From positions 2,105-66,104 of the forward strand of contig JAXHVB010000111.1 of the NCBI GenBank assembly GCA_034189125.1: 64,000 nucleotides of DNA, in the 5' to 3' direction. Origin of the DNA: Pseudomonadota bacterium. Lineage in GTDB: Bacteria; Pseudomonadota; Gammaproteobacteria; Pseudomonadales; UBA5862. Made by a program: the position numbers and the translations under genes. Numbering within the stretch: position 1 is the first letter of the stretch; each line of letters opens with the position of its first letter. The notes below the pieces were generated by a model. The model did not search any database, was not told the DNA's origin, and saw nothing but the letters and a program-made list of their open reading frames with translations. Shown piece after piece: positions 29,579 to 38,311 of this stretch.

Positions 29579-30838
29579 ATGATGCGATCCAGCGAAATCG
29601 ATGCCGCCAGCGCACCCCACCTACGCGGGAAATACGCCATTGTTGGCGTCGGAGAAACCGAGTACACCCGGGGGTCGGGCCGCACGACCCGGGCCCTCGG
29701 CACCGAAGCGGTGCGCAATGCCATCCTGGACGCCGGGCTTACGCCTGCCGATGTCGATGGGATGCTGTCTTACGGATTCAACGATTCCACCCCTTCGACC
29801 ACCATCGCAGGTGACCTCGGTGCCCGACTGAACTTTTACATGGATGTGGTCGGCGGCGGTTCCAGCACCGAGGCACTGATCGGCATCGCGATCGGGGTGA
29901 TCGAAGCGGGCATGTGCAACACCGTGGTGGTGTTTCGGGCGATGAACGGGTACAGCCAGGTGCGGATCGGCGGCACCAACCGGCAGGGAACCGTTGCACC
30001 CTTGAACGGCGACGACCTGTTTGCAAGGGGCTACGGCTGGATGAGCGCCGGGCAGATGTTCGCCCCGTCCTTCATGCGCCACATGTACGAGTACGGCACA
30101 ACGCCCGAGCAGGCGGCGATGGTCAAGGTGATTCACGCCGAGAATGCCTCAAACAACCCGAAGGCGTACTACAAAAAACGCGTCACGGTCGAGGACGTGT
30201 TGAACAGTCGGATGATCGTCAAACCGCTGCACTTACTGGACTGCTGCGTCGAGACGGACAACGGCACGGCCATCGTCATTACCCGCATCGACCGGGCGCG
30301 GGACCTGCGTCATCCCCCGGCCAAAATCCTCAGTGTGGTTGGGCGCTGCTGCAAACCGCGCGGCGACAACCACTTTCAGCACGGGCCCATCAGCCGGGTG
30401 GCCGGGCACTACGCCAAGGACATCCTTTGGCCCAACGCCGGTGTTGGGCCGGAGGACATCGATGTCACCGGGTCCTACGACGCCTTCACTTTCACCACCT
30501 TGATGCAACTGGAGGACTACGGCTTCTGTGCAAAGGGCGAAGGCGGAAACTACGTATCTGATGGCACCATGCGCTTGGGGGGCAAGCGCCCCAACAACAC
30601 CAGCGGCGGGCACCTCTGTGAGGGCTATACCCACGGCATCGCAATGGTGATTGAAAACGTTCGCCAGCTGCGCGCGGACATCGATGACAGCTGCCCCATG
30701 GGTCCGAACGGCAAGCGGCAGCACACCCACGACTACCGTGAGGGCGGCTGCCGTCAAGTGAAGGATGTGGAACTCACCGCCAACCTCGGTTGGGCCACCC
30801 CCGGTCAGGGATCCGCACTGGTCATGTCGAAGGACTGA
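29579..30838 (+). CDS. Thiolase-fold (SCP-x / lipid-transfer-protein type) enzyme lacking the catalytic cysteines; Ltp2-like aldolase candidate
   Basis: 419 aa with SCP-x thiolase architecture (YAIVGVGETEYTR, LLDCCVETDNGTAIVI, NTSGGHL). GGGSST replaces the nucleophile motif, YDAF replaces HDCF, and ANLGW replaces the C-terminal CxGGG. Confidence 0.85.
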   Translation: MMRSSEIDAASAPHLRGKYAIVGVGETEYTRGSGRTTRALGTEAVRNAILDAGLTPADVDGMLSYGFNDSTPSTTIAGDLGARLNFYMDVVGGGSSTEALIGIAIGVIEAGMCNTVVVFRAMNGYSQVRIGGTNRQGTVAPLNGDDLFARGYGWMSAGQMFAPSFMRHMYEYGTTPEQAAMVKVIHAENASNNPKAYYKKRVTVEDVLNSRMIVKPLHLLDCCVETDNGTAIVITRIDRARDLRHPPAKILSVVGRCCKPRGDNHFQHGPISRVAGHYAKDILWPNAGVGPEDIDVTGSYDAFTFTTLMQLEDYGFCAKGEGGNYVSDGTMRLGGKRPNNTSGGHLCEGYTHGIAMVIENVRQLRADIDDSCPMGPNGKRQHTHDYREGGCRQVKDVELTANLGWATPGQGSALVMSKD

Positions 30839-30852
30839 AAGGAGACGAAACA

Positions 30853-31374
30853 ATGAGCGTCGAAGCCGAATACTTGGACATGCCCGTGATGATCGCGGAC
30901 CTTGAGCGCGAATCCCTCGCATTTTACGGGCATTGTGCCAACCACGACTTTCGTCTGCAGCACTGCGCGCCCTGCGACCTGCTGCGGTATCCACCCACAA
31001 CGGCCTGCCCCTGGTGCGGCAACCCAGAAGCAAACTGGCGCAGCGTTGAGCCCAAAGGCACCCTCTACTCGTATGGGGAGGTTCACCACGCCATTCAGCC
31101 AAGCTTCCGGGCCCACACACCGTACTTGCTGCTACTCGTGGAGCTGGACACGCAGCAAGGCGAACCCACCGAGCATGAAGCACTGCGTATCATGGGAAAT
31201 TTGGCCGACGCGGACGGCAATCTGGCCACTCCCGACGTGGTCCGCTCAGTCGGCATTGGCTCGCGGTTGAAAATGGTCTTTCGCGACCTAGCCCCTGGGC
31301 TCGCCATGCCCCTTTGGACCCTGGATGAAGCGGCAGACCAACCGGCACACCCCTGGCGCTATCCCCAGGAATAG
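30853..31374 (+). CDS. DUF35 protein (rubredoxin-like zinc ribbon plus OB fold), partner of the thiolase-fold protein
   Basis: CAPC ... CPWC zinc ribbon followed by an OB-fold-like region (GTLYSYGEVHH ... LLLLVELD). AAGGAG RBS. Starts 14 nt after the upstream stop. Confidence 0.85.
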   Translation: MSVEAEYLDMPVMIADLERESLAFYGHCANHDFRLQHCAPCDLLRYPPTTACPWCGNPEANWRSVEPKGTLYSYGEVHHAIQPSFRAHTPYLLLLVELDTQQGEPTEHEALRIMGNLADADGNLATPDVVRSVGIGSRLKMVFRDLAPGLAMPLWTLDEAADQPAHPWRYPQE

Positions 31375-31425
31375 CCCCGCAGCTTCGGGGCTCCAGCCAC
31401 CGCCAAGCGGGGCGACTGACCCCGC
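31373..31425. terminator. Two GC-rich hairpins between convergent genes (DUF35 gene and nrdJb)
   Basis: AGCCCCG-CAGCTT-CGGGGCT (31373..31392) and GCGGGG-CGACTGA-CCCCGC (31407..31425). Neither has a U-tract, so terminator function is uncertain. Confidence 0.35.
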
Positions 31426-31505
31426 CCTGCCCAGGTCGAGCGCCCACGACCTGCGGAACGGACCTGCCTGGGGTGGCGGTGCGAGGCACCCCGACCCATG
31501 GCATT

Positions 31506-32222
31506 CTAGCCGCACTTGGAATCGCCGCAGCTCAGGCAGGTCATGCACCCGTCCATCATGACGACCGCCTTGAAGTGGCACTTTCCGCACAGCTGGGCGT
31601 ACTCGGGGAATGGGCTGTCGTCTGTACTCTCCTGGCTTGGCGCAGGCATCAACTGAAAGTCCTGACGCTTTTCCTCGATCAGCTGCCGCTGGTGGGCATC
31701 GAGTTCGGGGGCCTGCAGCATGCCGATCGCAATCAGGTGTTGCTCGATGACATCGCCGATTTCCGCCACCAGAGAAGGGACATATTTACCGCCCTTCTTC
31801 CAGTACCCGCCCCGAGGATCAAACACCGAATGCAGCTCTTCGACCAGAAAGGTCACATCACCGCCTTTGCGAAACACCGCTGAGATAATCCTTGTCAGTG
31901 CGACAATCCATTGAAAGTGTTCCATGTTCTTCGAATTGATGAAGACCTCAAAGGGCCGACGCAACTCGTGTTCGGTGCCTGGGTTCAATATGATGTCATT
32001 GATGGTGATGTACAGGGCATGCTCTGACACATGTTCCGGCGTTCGCACCTTATAGGTCGATCCCTGCAGAACGCTGGGGCGCTTGACGCTCTCGTGCATC
32101 TGCACAACTTTGGATTTGGAGGCAGCGGGCTTCTGGACCTCGGTGTCGACCGCAGTGGACTGTGCTGCTTCCGCTTTCACAACCTCGTAGCCAACGATTT
32201 TTTCTGTGATTTTGGTGCTCAC
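31506..32222 (-). CDS. nrdJb: Class II (adenosylcobalamin-dependent) ribonucleotide reductase, C-terminal fragment NrdJb
   Basis: Cys-rich C-terminal tail CGKCHFKAVVMMDGCMTCLSCGDSKCG. GTG start at 32222 preceded by GGGAG. 46 nt downstream of the nrdJa stop. The longer ORF start (32381) would overlap nrdJa. Confidence 0.8.
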   Translation of the reverse strand: MSTKITEKIVGYEVVKAEAAQSTAVDTEVQKPAASKSKVVQMHESVKRPSVLQGSTYKVRTPEHVSEHALYITINDIILNPGTEHELRRPFEVFINSKNMEHFQWIVALTRIISAVFRKGGDVTFLVEELHSVFDPRGGYWKKGGKYVPSLVAEIGDVIEQHLIAIGMLQAPELDAHQRQLIEEKRQDFQLMPAPSQESTDDSPFPEYAQLCGKCHFKAVVMMDGCMTCLSCGDSKCG

Positions 32223-32268
32223 GGTGAAGCTCCCTGTTGTATGGGTGGATGCGTCGGGCGCCCTGCGT

Positions 32269-34428
32269 CTAAAACTTGCCGTAGTAGCCTTCCTTGAGGG
32301 CATCAAACAAGTTGGCGGCGGTGTGCAGCTCGCCCTCATACTCCACTTCTTCGTTGCCCCTGACTTCCACCACGCTCCCATCGGCGAGGGTGAAACGGTA
32401 GGTGGTGTTGGCCAGGTCAGTGTCCTTCACCAGCACCCCCTGGAACGCCTCAGGATTGAAGCGAAAGGTCGTGCAACCTTTGAGCCCTGCACCGTACGCA
32501 TCGGTGTAGAGGCCCTTGAATGCGTCGAACGGAAAGTCCGTTGGCACATTGACCGTTTTGGAGATGGACGAATCAATCCAGCGCTGGGCGGCGGCCTGAA
32601 TGGCCACGTGTTCGCTGGGCTGGATGTCATCGGTGGTCACAAAATACTCGGGAAGCTGTTCCGCCGGCTTCTCTGCATCCGGCATGGCTGCGGCATTGAT
32701 GAGTGCGCGGTAGGCCAGCAGCTCAAACGAATACACCGAGACCTTTTCCTTGGTCTTGCGCCCCTCGCGAATGACATTGCGTGAATAGTGGTGGGCAAAG
32801 CTTGGCTCGATGCCATTGCTGGCGTTGTTGGCAAGCGACAAGGAAATCGTACCGGTCGGCGCAATCGAGCTGTGGTGGGTGAATCGGCACCCCACAGCAG
32901 CGATTTCGTCGACCAGCGCTGGATCGGCTTCGGCAACGCGCTGCATGTACCGACTGTACTTGGCGTGCAACACTCGCCCCGGGACCAGATCCCCCACTGC
33001 GTAGCCATCCTGGGCTATTTCGGGCCGCTTGCGCAGCATTTCTCCGGTCACTGTAAACAATTCGTTCATGATGGGCGCGGGGCCTTTCTCACGCGCCAGG
33101 TCGAGGCCAGTCCGCCACCCGGTGAGCGCCAGTTCACGACTCACGTCCTCGGTGAATGCGACCGACTCGGACGACCCATAACGCATTCTCAACATTGTCA
33201 GGGTAGAACCAAGCCCCAGATAACCCATGCCATGGCGGCGCTTGCTGATAATTTCATGGCGTTGCTGGTCCAGAGGCAAGCCATTGATCTCGACCACGTT
33301 GTCGAGCATCCGGGTAAAGACCGAAACCGCTTCGCGAAACCGCGCCCAATCGAACCGTGCGTGTTCGGTGAAGGGCTCCAATACAAACTTGGTGAGGTTC
33401 ACTGACCCCAAAAGGCAAGACCCATAGGGTGGCAGCGGCTGCTCGCCACAGGGGTTGGTGGCGCGAATGTTCTCGCAGTACCAGTTGTTGTTCATGGCAT
33501 TGACCTTGTCGATCAGGACAAAGCCAGGCTCAGCGAAATCATAGGTTGCATGCATGATTTCGTCCCACAGCTCGCGTGCCGGCAGGCTGCGGTACACCTT
33601 GCATGCCACCAGGCCTTCATCGTTGACCACCAGCCCTTCGTGGGTCGGCCACTCCAGCCACAATACCCCTGGGTGGCTGTTCAAATCGGCGCCGAACTCA
33701 CTGACTTCTTCCTGTCGAATCGGGAACGCCAGCGGCCATTCGGCGTTGGACTGTACCGCGCGCATAAAGTCATCTGTGATCAGCAGCGAGAGGTTGAACT
33801 GGCGCAAGCGACCGTCTTCTCGCTTCGCCTGGATGAACTCGAGCACGTCTGGATGGCGCACGTCGAACGTGGCCATCTGTGCCCCTCGGCGCCCACCAGC
33901 CGATGAAATGGTGAAGCACATGCGGTCGTAGATGTCCATGAACGAAAGCGGCCCCGACGTGTGGGCGCCGGCCCCAGAGACATAGGCACCGCGCGGACGC
34001 AGCGTAGAAAAGTCGTACCCGATCCCACACCCCGCTTTCAAAGTGAGGCCGGCCTCATGGACCTTCGCCAAAATGTTGTCCATGGAGTCTTGAACGGTTC
34101 CAGAAACCGTACAGTTGATGGTCGAGGTGGCTGGTTTGTATGCCCAGGCGCCGGCATTTGACATGATGCGACCGGCGGGAATGCACCCTTGGCGCAGCGC
34201 CCACAGAAAGCGCTCCCGCCAGTGGTCAACTTGTTCGGCATCTGCTTCCACTTCAGCCAACGCCGCGGCCACCCGTTGGTAAGTGCCATCAACATCCAGG
34301 TCAACGACAGTGCCGTTCTTTTGCTTGAGGCGGTACTTTTTGTCCCAAATGTCGTGGGACGCGTCCTGCATGGGGATTTCCATTGCCGCTGGGGTGGTTG
34401 CGGATACGGCCGATAGCGTGGTGCTCAT
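32269..34428 (-). CDS. nrdJa: Class II (adenosylcobalamin-dependent) ribonucleotide reductase, large fragment NrdJa
   Basis: RNR barrel motifs (NPCGEQPLPPYGSCLLGS, IAPTGTISL, ISKTVNVP). ATG at 34428 with an AAGGA RBS. About 720 aa. Confidence 0.92.
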   Translation of the reverse strand: MSTTLSAVSATTPAAMEIPMQDASHDIWDKKYRLKQKNGTVVDLDVDGTYQRVAAALAEVEADAEQVDHWRERFLWALRQGCIPAGRIMSNAGAWAYKPATSTINCTVSGTVQDSMDNILAKVHEAGLTLKAGCGIGYDFSTLRPRGAYVSGAGAHTSGPLSFMDIYDRMCFTISSAGGRRGAQMATFDVRHPDVLEFIQAKREDGRLRQFNLSLLITDDFMRAVQSNAEWPLAFPIRQEEVSEFGADLNSHPGVLWLEWPTHEGLVVNDEGLVACKVYRSLPARELWDEIMHATYDFAEPGFVLIDKVNAMNNNWYCENIRATNPCGEQPLPPYGSCLLGSVNLTKFVLEPFTEHARFDWARFREAVSVFTRMLDNVVEINGLPLDQQRHEIISKRRHGMGYLGLGSTLTMLRMRYGSSESVAFTEDVSRELALTGWRTGLDLAREKGPAPIMNELFTVTGEMLRKRPEIAQDGYAVGDLVPGRVLHAKYSRYMQRVAEADPALVDEIAAVGCRFTHHSSIAPTGTISLSLANNASNGIEPSFAHHYSRNVIREGRKTKEKVSVYSFELLAYRALINAAAMPDAEKPAEQLPEYFVTTDDIQPSEHVAIQAAAQRWIDSSISKTVNVPTDFPFDAFKGLYTDAYGAGLKGCTTFRFNPEAFQGVLVKDTDLANTTYRFTLADGSVVEVRGNEEVEYEGELHTAANLFDALKEGYYGKF

Positions 34429-34585
34429 GGGGTCATCCTTTGCTGTTTTTCGCTGGCGGTTGGACGCAACAAACCGGCCGGCGATGCCGGTTTGCACAGA
34501 TGCAATGGCTGTACGCATGCAAGGTTCGGCGCCTCGGATCAAGGGGCCCGCCGATGGATTCACCTTACTACAGATCCAAAACGAA

Positions 34586-34632
34586 ATACCACATGCTGTG
34601 CTACTTTTTTTTTATAACACTATATATAGTGC
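34586..34632 (-). promoter_or_regulatory. Tandem NrdR-box-like operators upstream of nrdJa
   Basis: Distal box ACACTATATATAGTGC (34617..34632) matches the NrdR consensus acaCwAtATaTwGtgt at 15 of 16 positions. Proximal box ATACCACATGCTGTGC (34586..34601) matches at 10 of 16. Centres are 31 bp apart. Embedded in the most AT-rich patch of the window. Confidence 0.6.
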
Positions 34633-34812
34633 TTTTCTGGAGCGCACCGAAGTCCCGCGTCAAACCACCAAGCGCCTCACTGTGGTGCGTATCAGGGCGC
34701 GGCGGGCATTGCACCCGCCCGGCCATGCCGGTAGATTGGCGCGCCTACAAGCGTGCCAATCTACCGGCATGGCTCGCGCAGGCCTTTCACACCCTGAACC
34801 CCTGGTTGAACG

Positions 34813-35562
34813 ATGCCATCACCACCGCGGACTGAAGCTGCCAGCACCAGCTGCCGATGCGAATGCAGCGTGCTGTCCCGTGAAACCCTCTCGGGCGGTG
34901 TCCTGCGCATTCGCCTGGCCCTGCCCCAACCTGCGTCCGTGGCGTTCGCGGCAGGGCAGTACCTGGTGGTCCATGCCGCCGACGGCGCTGCTGCAGCCTA
35001 CTCCATCGCCAGCCCGCCACAGACCGCCGATTCGGTGATCGAGCTGCATGTGGGGCCACGGGGTCTCGACAGCGGCAACCTGGACCTGCTCATCACCTCG
35101 GGCGACCGGCTGGACATCAGCCTGCCCTACGGCCGGTGCGCGCTGCAGGCGCCACCGACACAACCCACCCTGTTCGTCGCCGCGAGCACTGGCTTTGCGC
35201 AGATGAAAAGCATGCTCGAATTCTGTTTCGATGCGGGTTTGCAAGCGCCCCTCTACCTCTACTGGGGAGGAACCAGCGCGCAGGACCTCTACCTCCAGCA
35301 CCTCCCCGAAGCTTGGTCGGCAGCGGTACCGGACTTTCACTTTATTCCCGTGGTGAGTGGTGCCGAACCCAACTGGACAGGGCGCACTGGAATGCTGCAC
35401 AGTGCGATTCGGGCGGATTTTTCAAGCCTGGCAGGCTGTGGCCTCTACCTCAGTGGTTCACCGCAAATGGTGTACGGCACAGTGGACGGTCTCGGTGGCC
35501 TCGGGCTTGCCGAGGCCGACATCCACGCGGACGTGTTCGATTACGCCCCTCGGGACTCCTGA
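34813..35562 (+). CDS. Fre-like NAD(P)H-flavin reductase (ferredoxin-NADP reductase fold)
   Basis: Collinear with my recollection of E. coli Fre: CSVLSRETLSGGVLRIRL, FAAGQYLVV, YSIASPP, IELHVG, FVAASTGFAQ, LYWGG, GRTGMLH, YLSGSPQMV. Confidence 0.8.
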   Translation: MPSPPRTEAASTSCRCECSVLSRETLSGGVLRIRLALPQPASVAFAAGQYLVVHAADGAAAAYSIASPPQTADSVIELHVGPRGLDSGNLDLLITSGDRLDISLPYGRCALQAPPTQPTLFVAASTGFAQMKSMLEFCFDAGLQAPLYLYWGGTSAQDLYLQHLPEAWSAAVPDFHFIPVVSGAEPNWTGRTGMLHSAIRADFSSLAGCGLYLSGSPQMVYGTVDGLGGLGLAEADIHADVFDYAPRDS

Positions 35563-35616
35563 GCGCCAGCACCCAGGTACGGGATCAACCGAATTGCAAA
35601 TTGGAGACCTCGTCAC

Positions 35617-36282
35617 CTACCGGTAGCGGGTCGGGTCCTGCACACCGGCATCGGTAAAACCTATAGCGCGCAAGCGACAGCTGTCACAGCGGCCACAGGC
35701 ACGGCCTTGATCATCCGCCGTGTAGCAGGACACGGTTTCTCCGTAGTCCACCCCCAACTCCGTGCCGCGCTGAATGATCTCCGCTTTGGTCAGGTGTAGA
35801 AGCGGTGCTTCGACGCGGGGACCTGCACCGTCCACCCCTGCCCGCGTCCCGCAATCGATCAACTGCTGAAAGGCGTGCACGAATTCCGGCCGACAGTCGG
35901 GGTAACCTGAGTAGTCAACGGCATTGATGCCAAGAAAAATCGCCCGAGCACCAAGCACCTCCGCCCAAGCCAGGGCGTGGGCCAAGAACAGGATGTTGCG
36001 GGCCGGCACATAGGTCACTGGGATGCCAGCGCTGGGCGCCTCGGGCACTGCGATGGAGGGGTCGGTCAAGGCCGACCCCCCAAAGCCACCGAGATCGATT
36101 CGCAACACCCGGTGTTCAACTGCCCCGAGGCGCAGTGCCACCCTCCTTGCGGCATCCAACTCGGCCGCGTGGCGCTGGCCGTAGTCGAAGCTCAACGCGT
36201 AGCAGCGGTACCCTTGTACCTGTGCCATCGCCAAGACGGTGGCCGAGTCCAATCCACCGGACACCATCACCACAGCGCTCAT
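35617..36282 (-). CDS. queC: 7-cyano-7-deazaguanine synthase
   Basis: PP-loop [12 protein letters not shown] and C-terminal zinc motif [23 protein letters not shown] at 36282. Confidence 0.93.
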   Translation of the reverse strand: MSAVVMVSGGLDSATVLAMAQVQGYRCYALSFDYGQRHAAELDAARRVALRLGAVEHRVLRIDLGGFGGSALTDPSIAVPEAPSAGIPVTYVPARNILFLAHALAWAEVLGARAIFLGINAVDYSGYPDCRPEFVHAFQQLIDCGTRAGVDGAGPRVEAPLLHLTKAEIIQRGTELGVDYGETVSCYTADDQGRACGRCDSCRLRAIGFTDAGVQDPTRYR

Positions 36283-36299
36283 TGGGTTGCCACCCTCGC

Positions 36300-36950
36300 T
36301 CACCGGCCCTGCACCTCGCCCCAGAGCAACTTGTGCAACTGCAGTTGCAGGCGCGCTCGCAGCCCGTCGGCAACCATCCATCCCGCGAGCTCCCTGGGCT
36401 CTAGTGCTTGCCAGACAGGGGAAAGCAGCACTGCTCCCACCCGATCAGACAACCTCCAGCGGTCCATTTGGAACCGTGCCCAATCGTAGTCCTGGCGGTC
36501 AGAGACCACGAACTTGACTTGGTCTTTCTGGGTCAGCACATCCATGTTTTCCCAGTGATTGCGGTGACTTTCCCCACTCCCGGGCGTTTTGAGGTCCATG
36601 ACGATGCTGACCCGGGGGTCAATGTCCGCGCATGGCAGCGCCCCGCTGGTTTCCAGAGACACCCGATACCCATGGTCACAGAGGGCCCGCAACAACCCGC
36701 GGCAGCTGGGCTGGGCCAATGGCTCCCCTCCCGTCACACAGACATACTCGGTCGGGTGGCGGGCAACGTCAGCAACAACGGCATTCAGGTCTCGGTGGTT
36801 GCCACCCGAAAAAGCATAAGCCGTGTCGCAATAGGTGCAGCGGAGCGGACACCCTGTCAGGCGCACAAACACCGTGGGACAGCCAGCCGATAGGCTTTCA
36901 CCCTGGAGTGAAAAAAAAACCTCGGTGACCCGCACACGGCCGGTGATCAT
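36300..36950 (-). CDS. queE: 7-carboxy-7-deazaguanine synthase (radical SAM)
   Basis: [39 protein letters not shown] at 36950; the longer ORF would overlap cpoB. Confidence 0.9.
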   Translation of the reverse strand: MITGRVRVTEVFFSLQGESLSAGCPTVFVRLTGCPLRCTYCDTAYAFSGGNHRDLNAVVADVARHPTEYVCVTGGEPLAQPSCRGLLRALCDHGYRVSLETSGALPCADIDPRVSIVMDLKTPGSGESHRNHWENMDVLTQKDQVKFVVSDRQDYDWARFQMDRWRLSDRVGAVLLSPVWQALEPRELAGWMVADGLRARLQLQLHKLLWGEVQGR

Positions 36951-36969
36951 ACCCAGGGTGCTTGCCTCG

Positions 36970-37689
36970 TCAGCGTAGGTTGCGAAGGTACAACGCCGCC
37001 AACCGTGCGGCAGAATGGTCCGGGTAAATTTGCTGGGTTTTCTCCAGCACGGTCCGGGCCTGCTCGGCATCGCCCATCTTGTGGTAGGTCACGCCCAGTT
37101 TGTACATGGAGTCGGCGGTCTTGTTGTGGTCGGGAAATTCTGTGATCACCTGGGTGAAGGCGTCACGTGCAGCTTCAAGGTCGGACTCCAGCAGGTACAG
37201 CTCGCCCAGCCAGTAATAAGCGTTGGCGCTAAAGGAACCCCGTGGGAAGCGGTTGAGGAACACCAAGAAGCCCTGCTTCGCGGCTTCAAAGTCCCGCGCC
37301 CGGACCTTCTCGTACGCCGCCTGATAATGGGCCGCCTCATCCGCCGACGAATCGGGCGCGGCAGCATCCGTCGGTGGCTCCGCCCGGGTCACAAGCGCTG
37401 GTGCCGAAGGGGCTTGCTGTGTCACTGGGACCTGCGCGTCTTCGAGCCGGTTCAGCCGACGGTCGAGGTCCAGGTAGTGGTCGCGCTGACGGCTCTTGAG
37501 CAAATCGATTTCGTGCGCCTGCTCCTCGACCTGGCCGCGAAGGGTCAACACTTCGGACTGCAACTGCTGCAATTGAAACAGCAGCTCTGCACCCACCCCC
37601 CCTGCACCAGCGGCAGGAGTGGGTGCCTCGGCAACCGCGAATGGGGTTGCGAGCAGTACCGCCAGTCCGAATCCGCGCGCGATGCGCAT
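36970..37689 (-). CDS. cpoB: Tol-Pal system protein CpoB/YbgF
   Basis: Signal peptide, coiled-coil N-domain (LLFQLQQLQSEVLTLRGQVEEQ), TPR C-domain (YYWLGELYL). Start overlaps the pal stop by 1 nt (TGATG). Confidence 0.88.
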   Translation of the reverse strand: MRIARGFGLAVLLATPFAVAEAPTPAAGAGGVGAELLFQLQQLQSEVLTLRGQVEEQAHEIDLLKSRQRDHYLDLDRRLNRLEDAQVPVTQQAPSAPALVTRAEPPTDAAAPDSSADEAAHYQAAYEKVRARDFEAAKQGFLVFLNRFPRGSFSANAYYWLGELYLLESDLEAARDAFTQVITEFPDHNKTADSMYKLGVTYHKMGDAEQARTVLEKTQQIYPDHSAARLAALYLRNLR

Positions 37690-38270
37690 CAGTATTTCAG
37701 CTCCACGCGGCGGTTCTCTTCCCAGGCCGCTTCGGTGTGCGACGGATTGGCAGGCCGTTCCTCGCCATAGCTGACCACCCGTATGCGGCTGGCCGGCACC
37801 CCTTCCAGAAGCAACAGGTTGCGCACCGCTTTCGCACGGCGCTCGCCGAGCGCGAGGTTGTACTCACGGGTACCGCGCTCGTCGGTGTGCCCCTCAAGCA
37901 ACAGGGTTTGGGTCGGGTTTGCAATCAGGTACCGGGCGTGTGCGAGCACCAGGTCACGAAACTCCGGCTGCAGGTTGTCGTCATCGAAACCAAAGTACAC
38001 CAGGGTGCCAAGCTCGGACAGATCGGGCAGGGTTGCGCTGCTGATGGCACCGTCGTCGCCAACCCCGAAACTTTCCGCACCAGCCCGGTCAGCTTCCTGT
38101 CCCGCAGCGCCGCTCTGATCGGCACCCTGCATGCCCTGGGCCTCAACTGCAGGCGGTAGCTGGTCTGTATCGGGTTCCGGCGCAACGCCACCGCGGCTTC
38201 CACAGCCTGCCAGCAGCGCAAACACGAGCGATAGGAACAGCGTGCGCAAAGGCGCGGTCATGGGCATCAT
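37689..38270 (-). CDS. pal: Peptidoglycan-associated lipoprotein Pal
   Basis: Lipobox LLAGC. OmpA-like domain VYFGFDDDNLQPEF ... LEGHTDERGTREYNLALGERRA. Confidence 0.93.
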   Translation of the reverse strand: MMPMTAPLRTLFLSLVFALLAGCGSRGGVAPEPDTDQLPPAVEAQGMQGADQSGAAGQEADRAGAESFGVGDDGAISSATLPDLSELGTLVYFGFDDDNLQPEFRDLVLAHARYLIANPTQTLLLEGHTDERGTREYNLALGERRAKAVRNLLLLEGVPASRIRVVSYGEERPANPSHTEAAWEENRRVELKY

Positions 38271-38311
38271 CGGACTCCTCCGGGTTGTGGTCTGTTGGTC
38301 AAGCGTGACGG

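Noticed and set aside
34429-34585. Possible cobalamin riboswitch in the long nrdJa leader
   Set aside because: I could not find a B12-box-like core by eye. B12 riboswitches normally repress B12-independent isozymes, not the B12-dependent NrdJ. The NrdR boxes explain the region better. A covariance-model scan would settle it.
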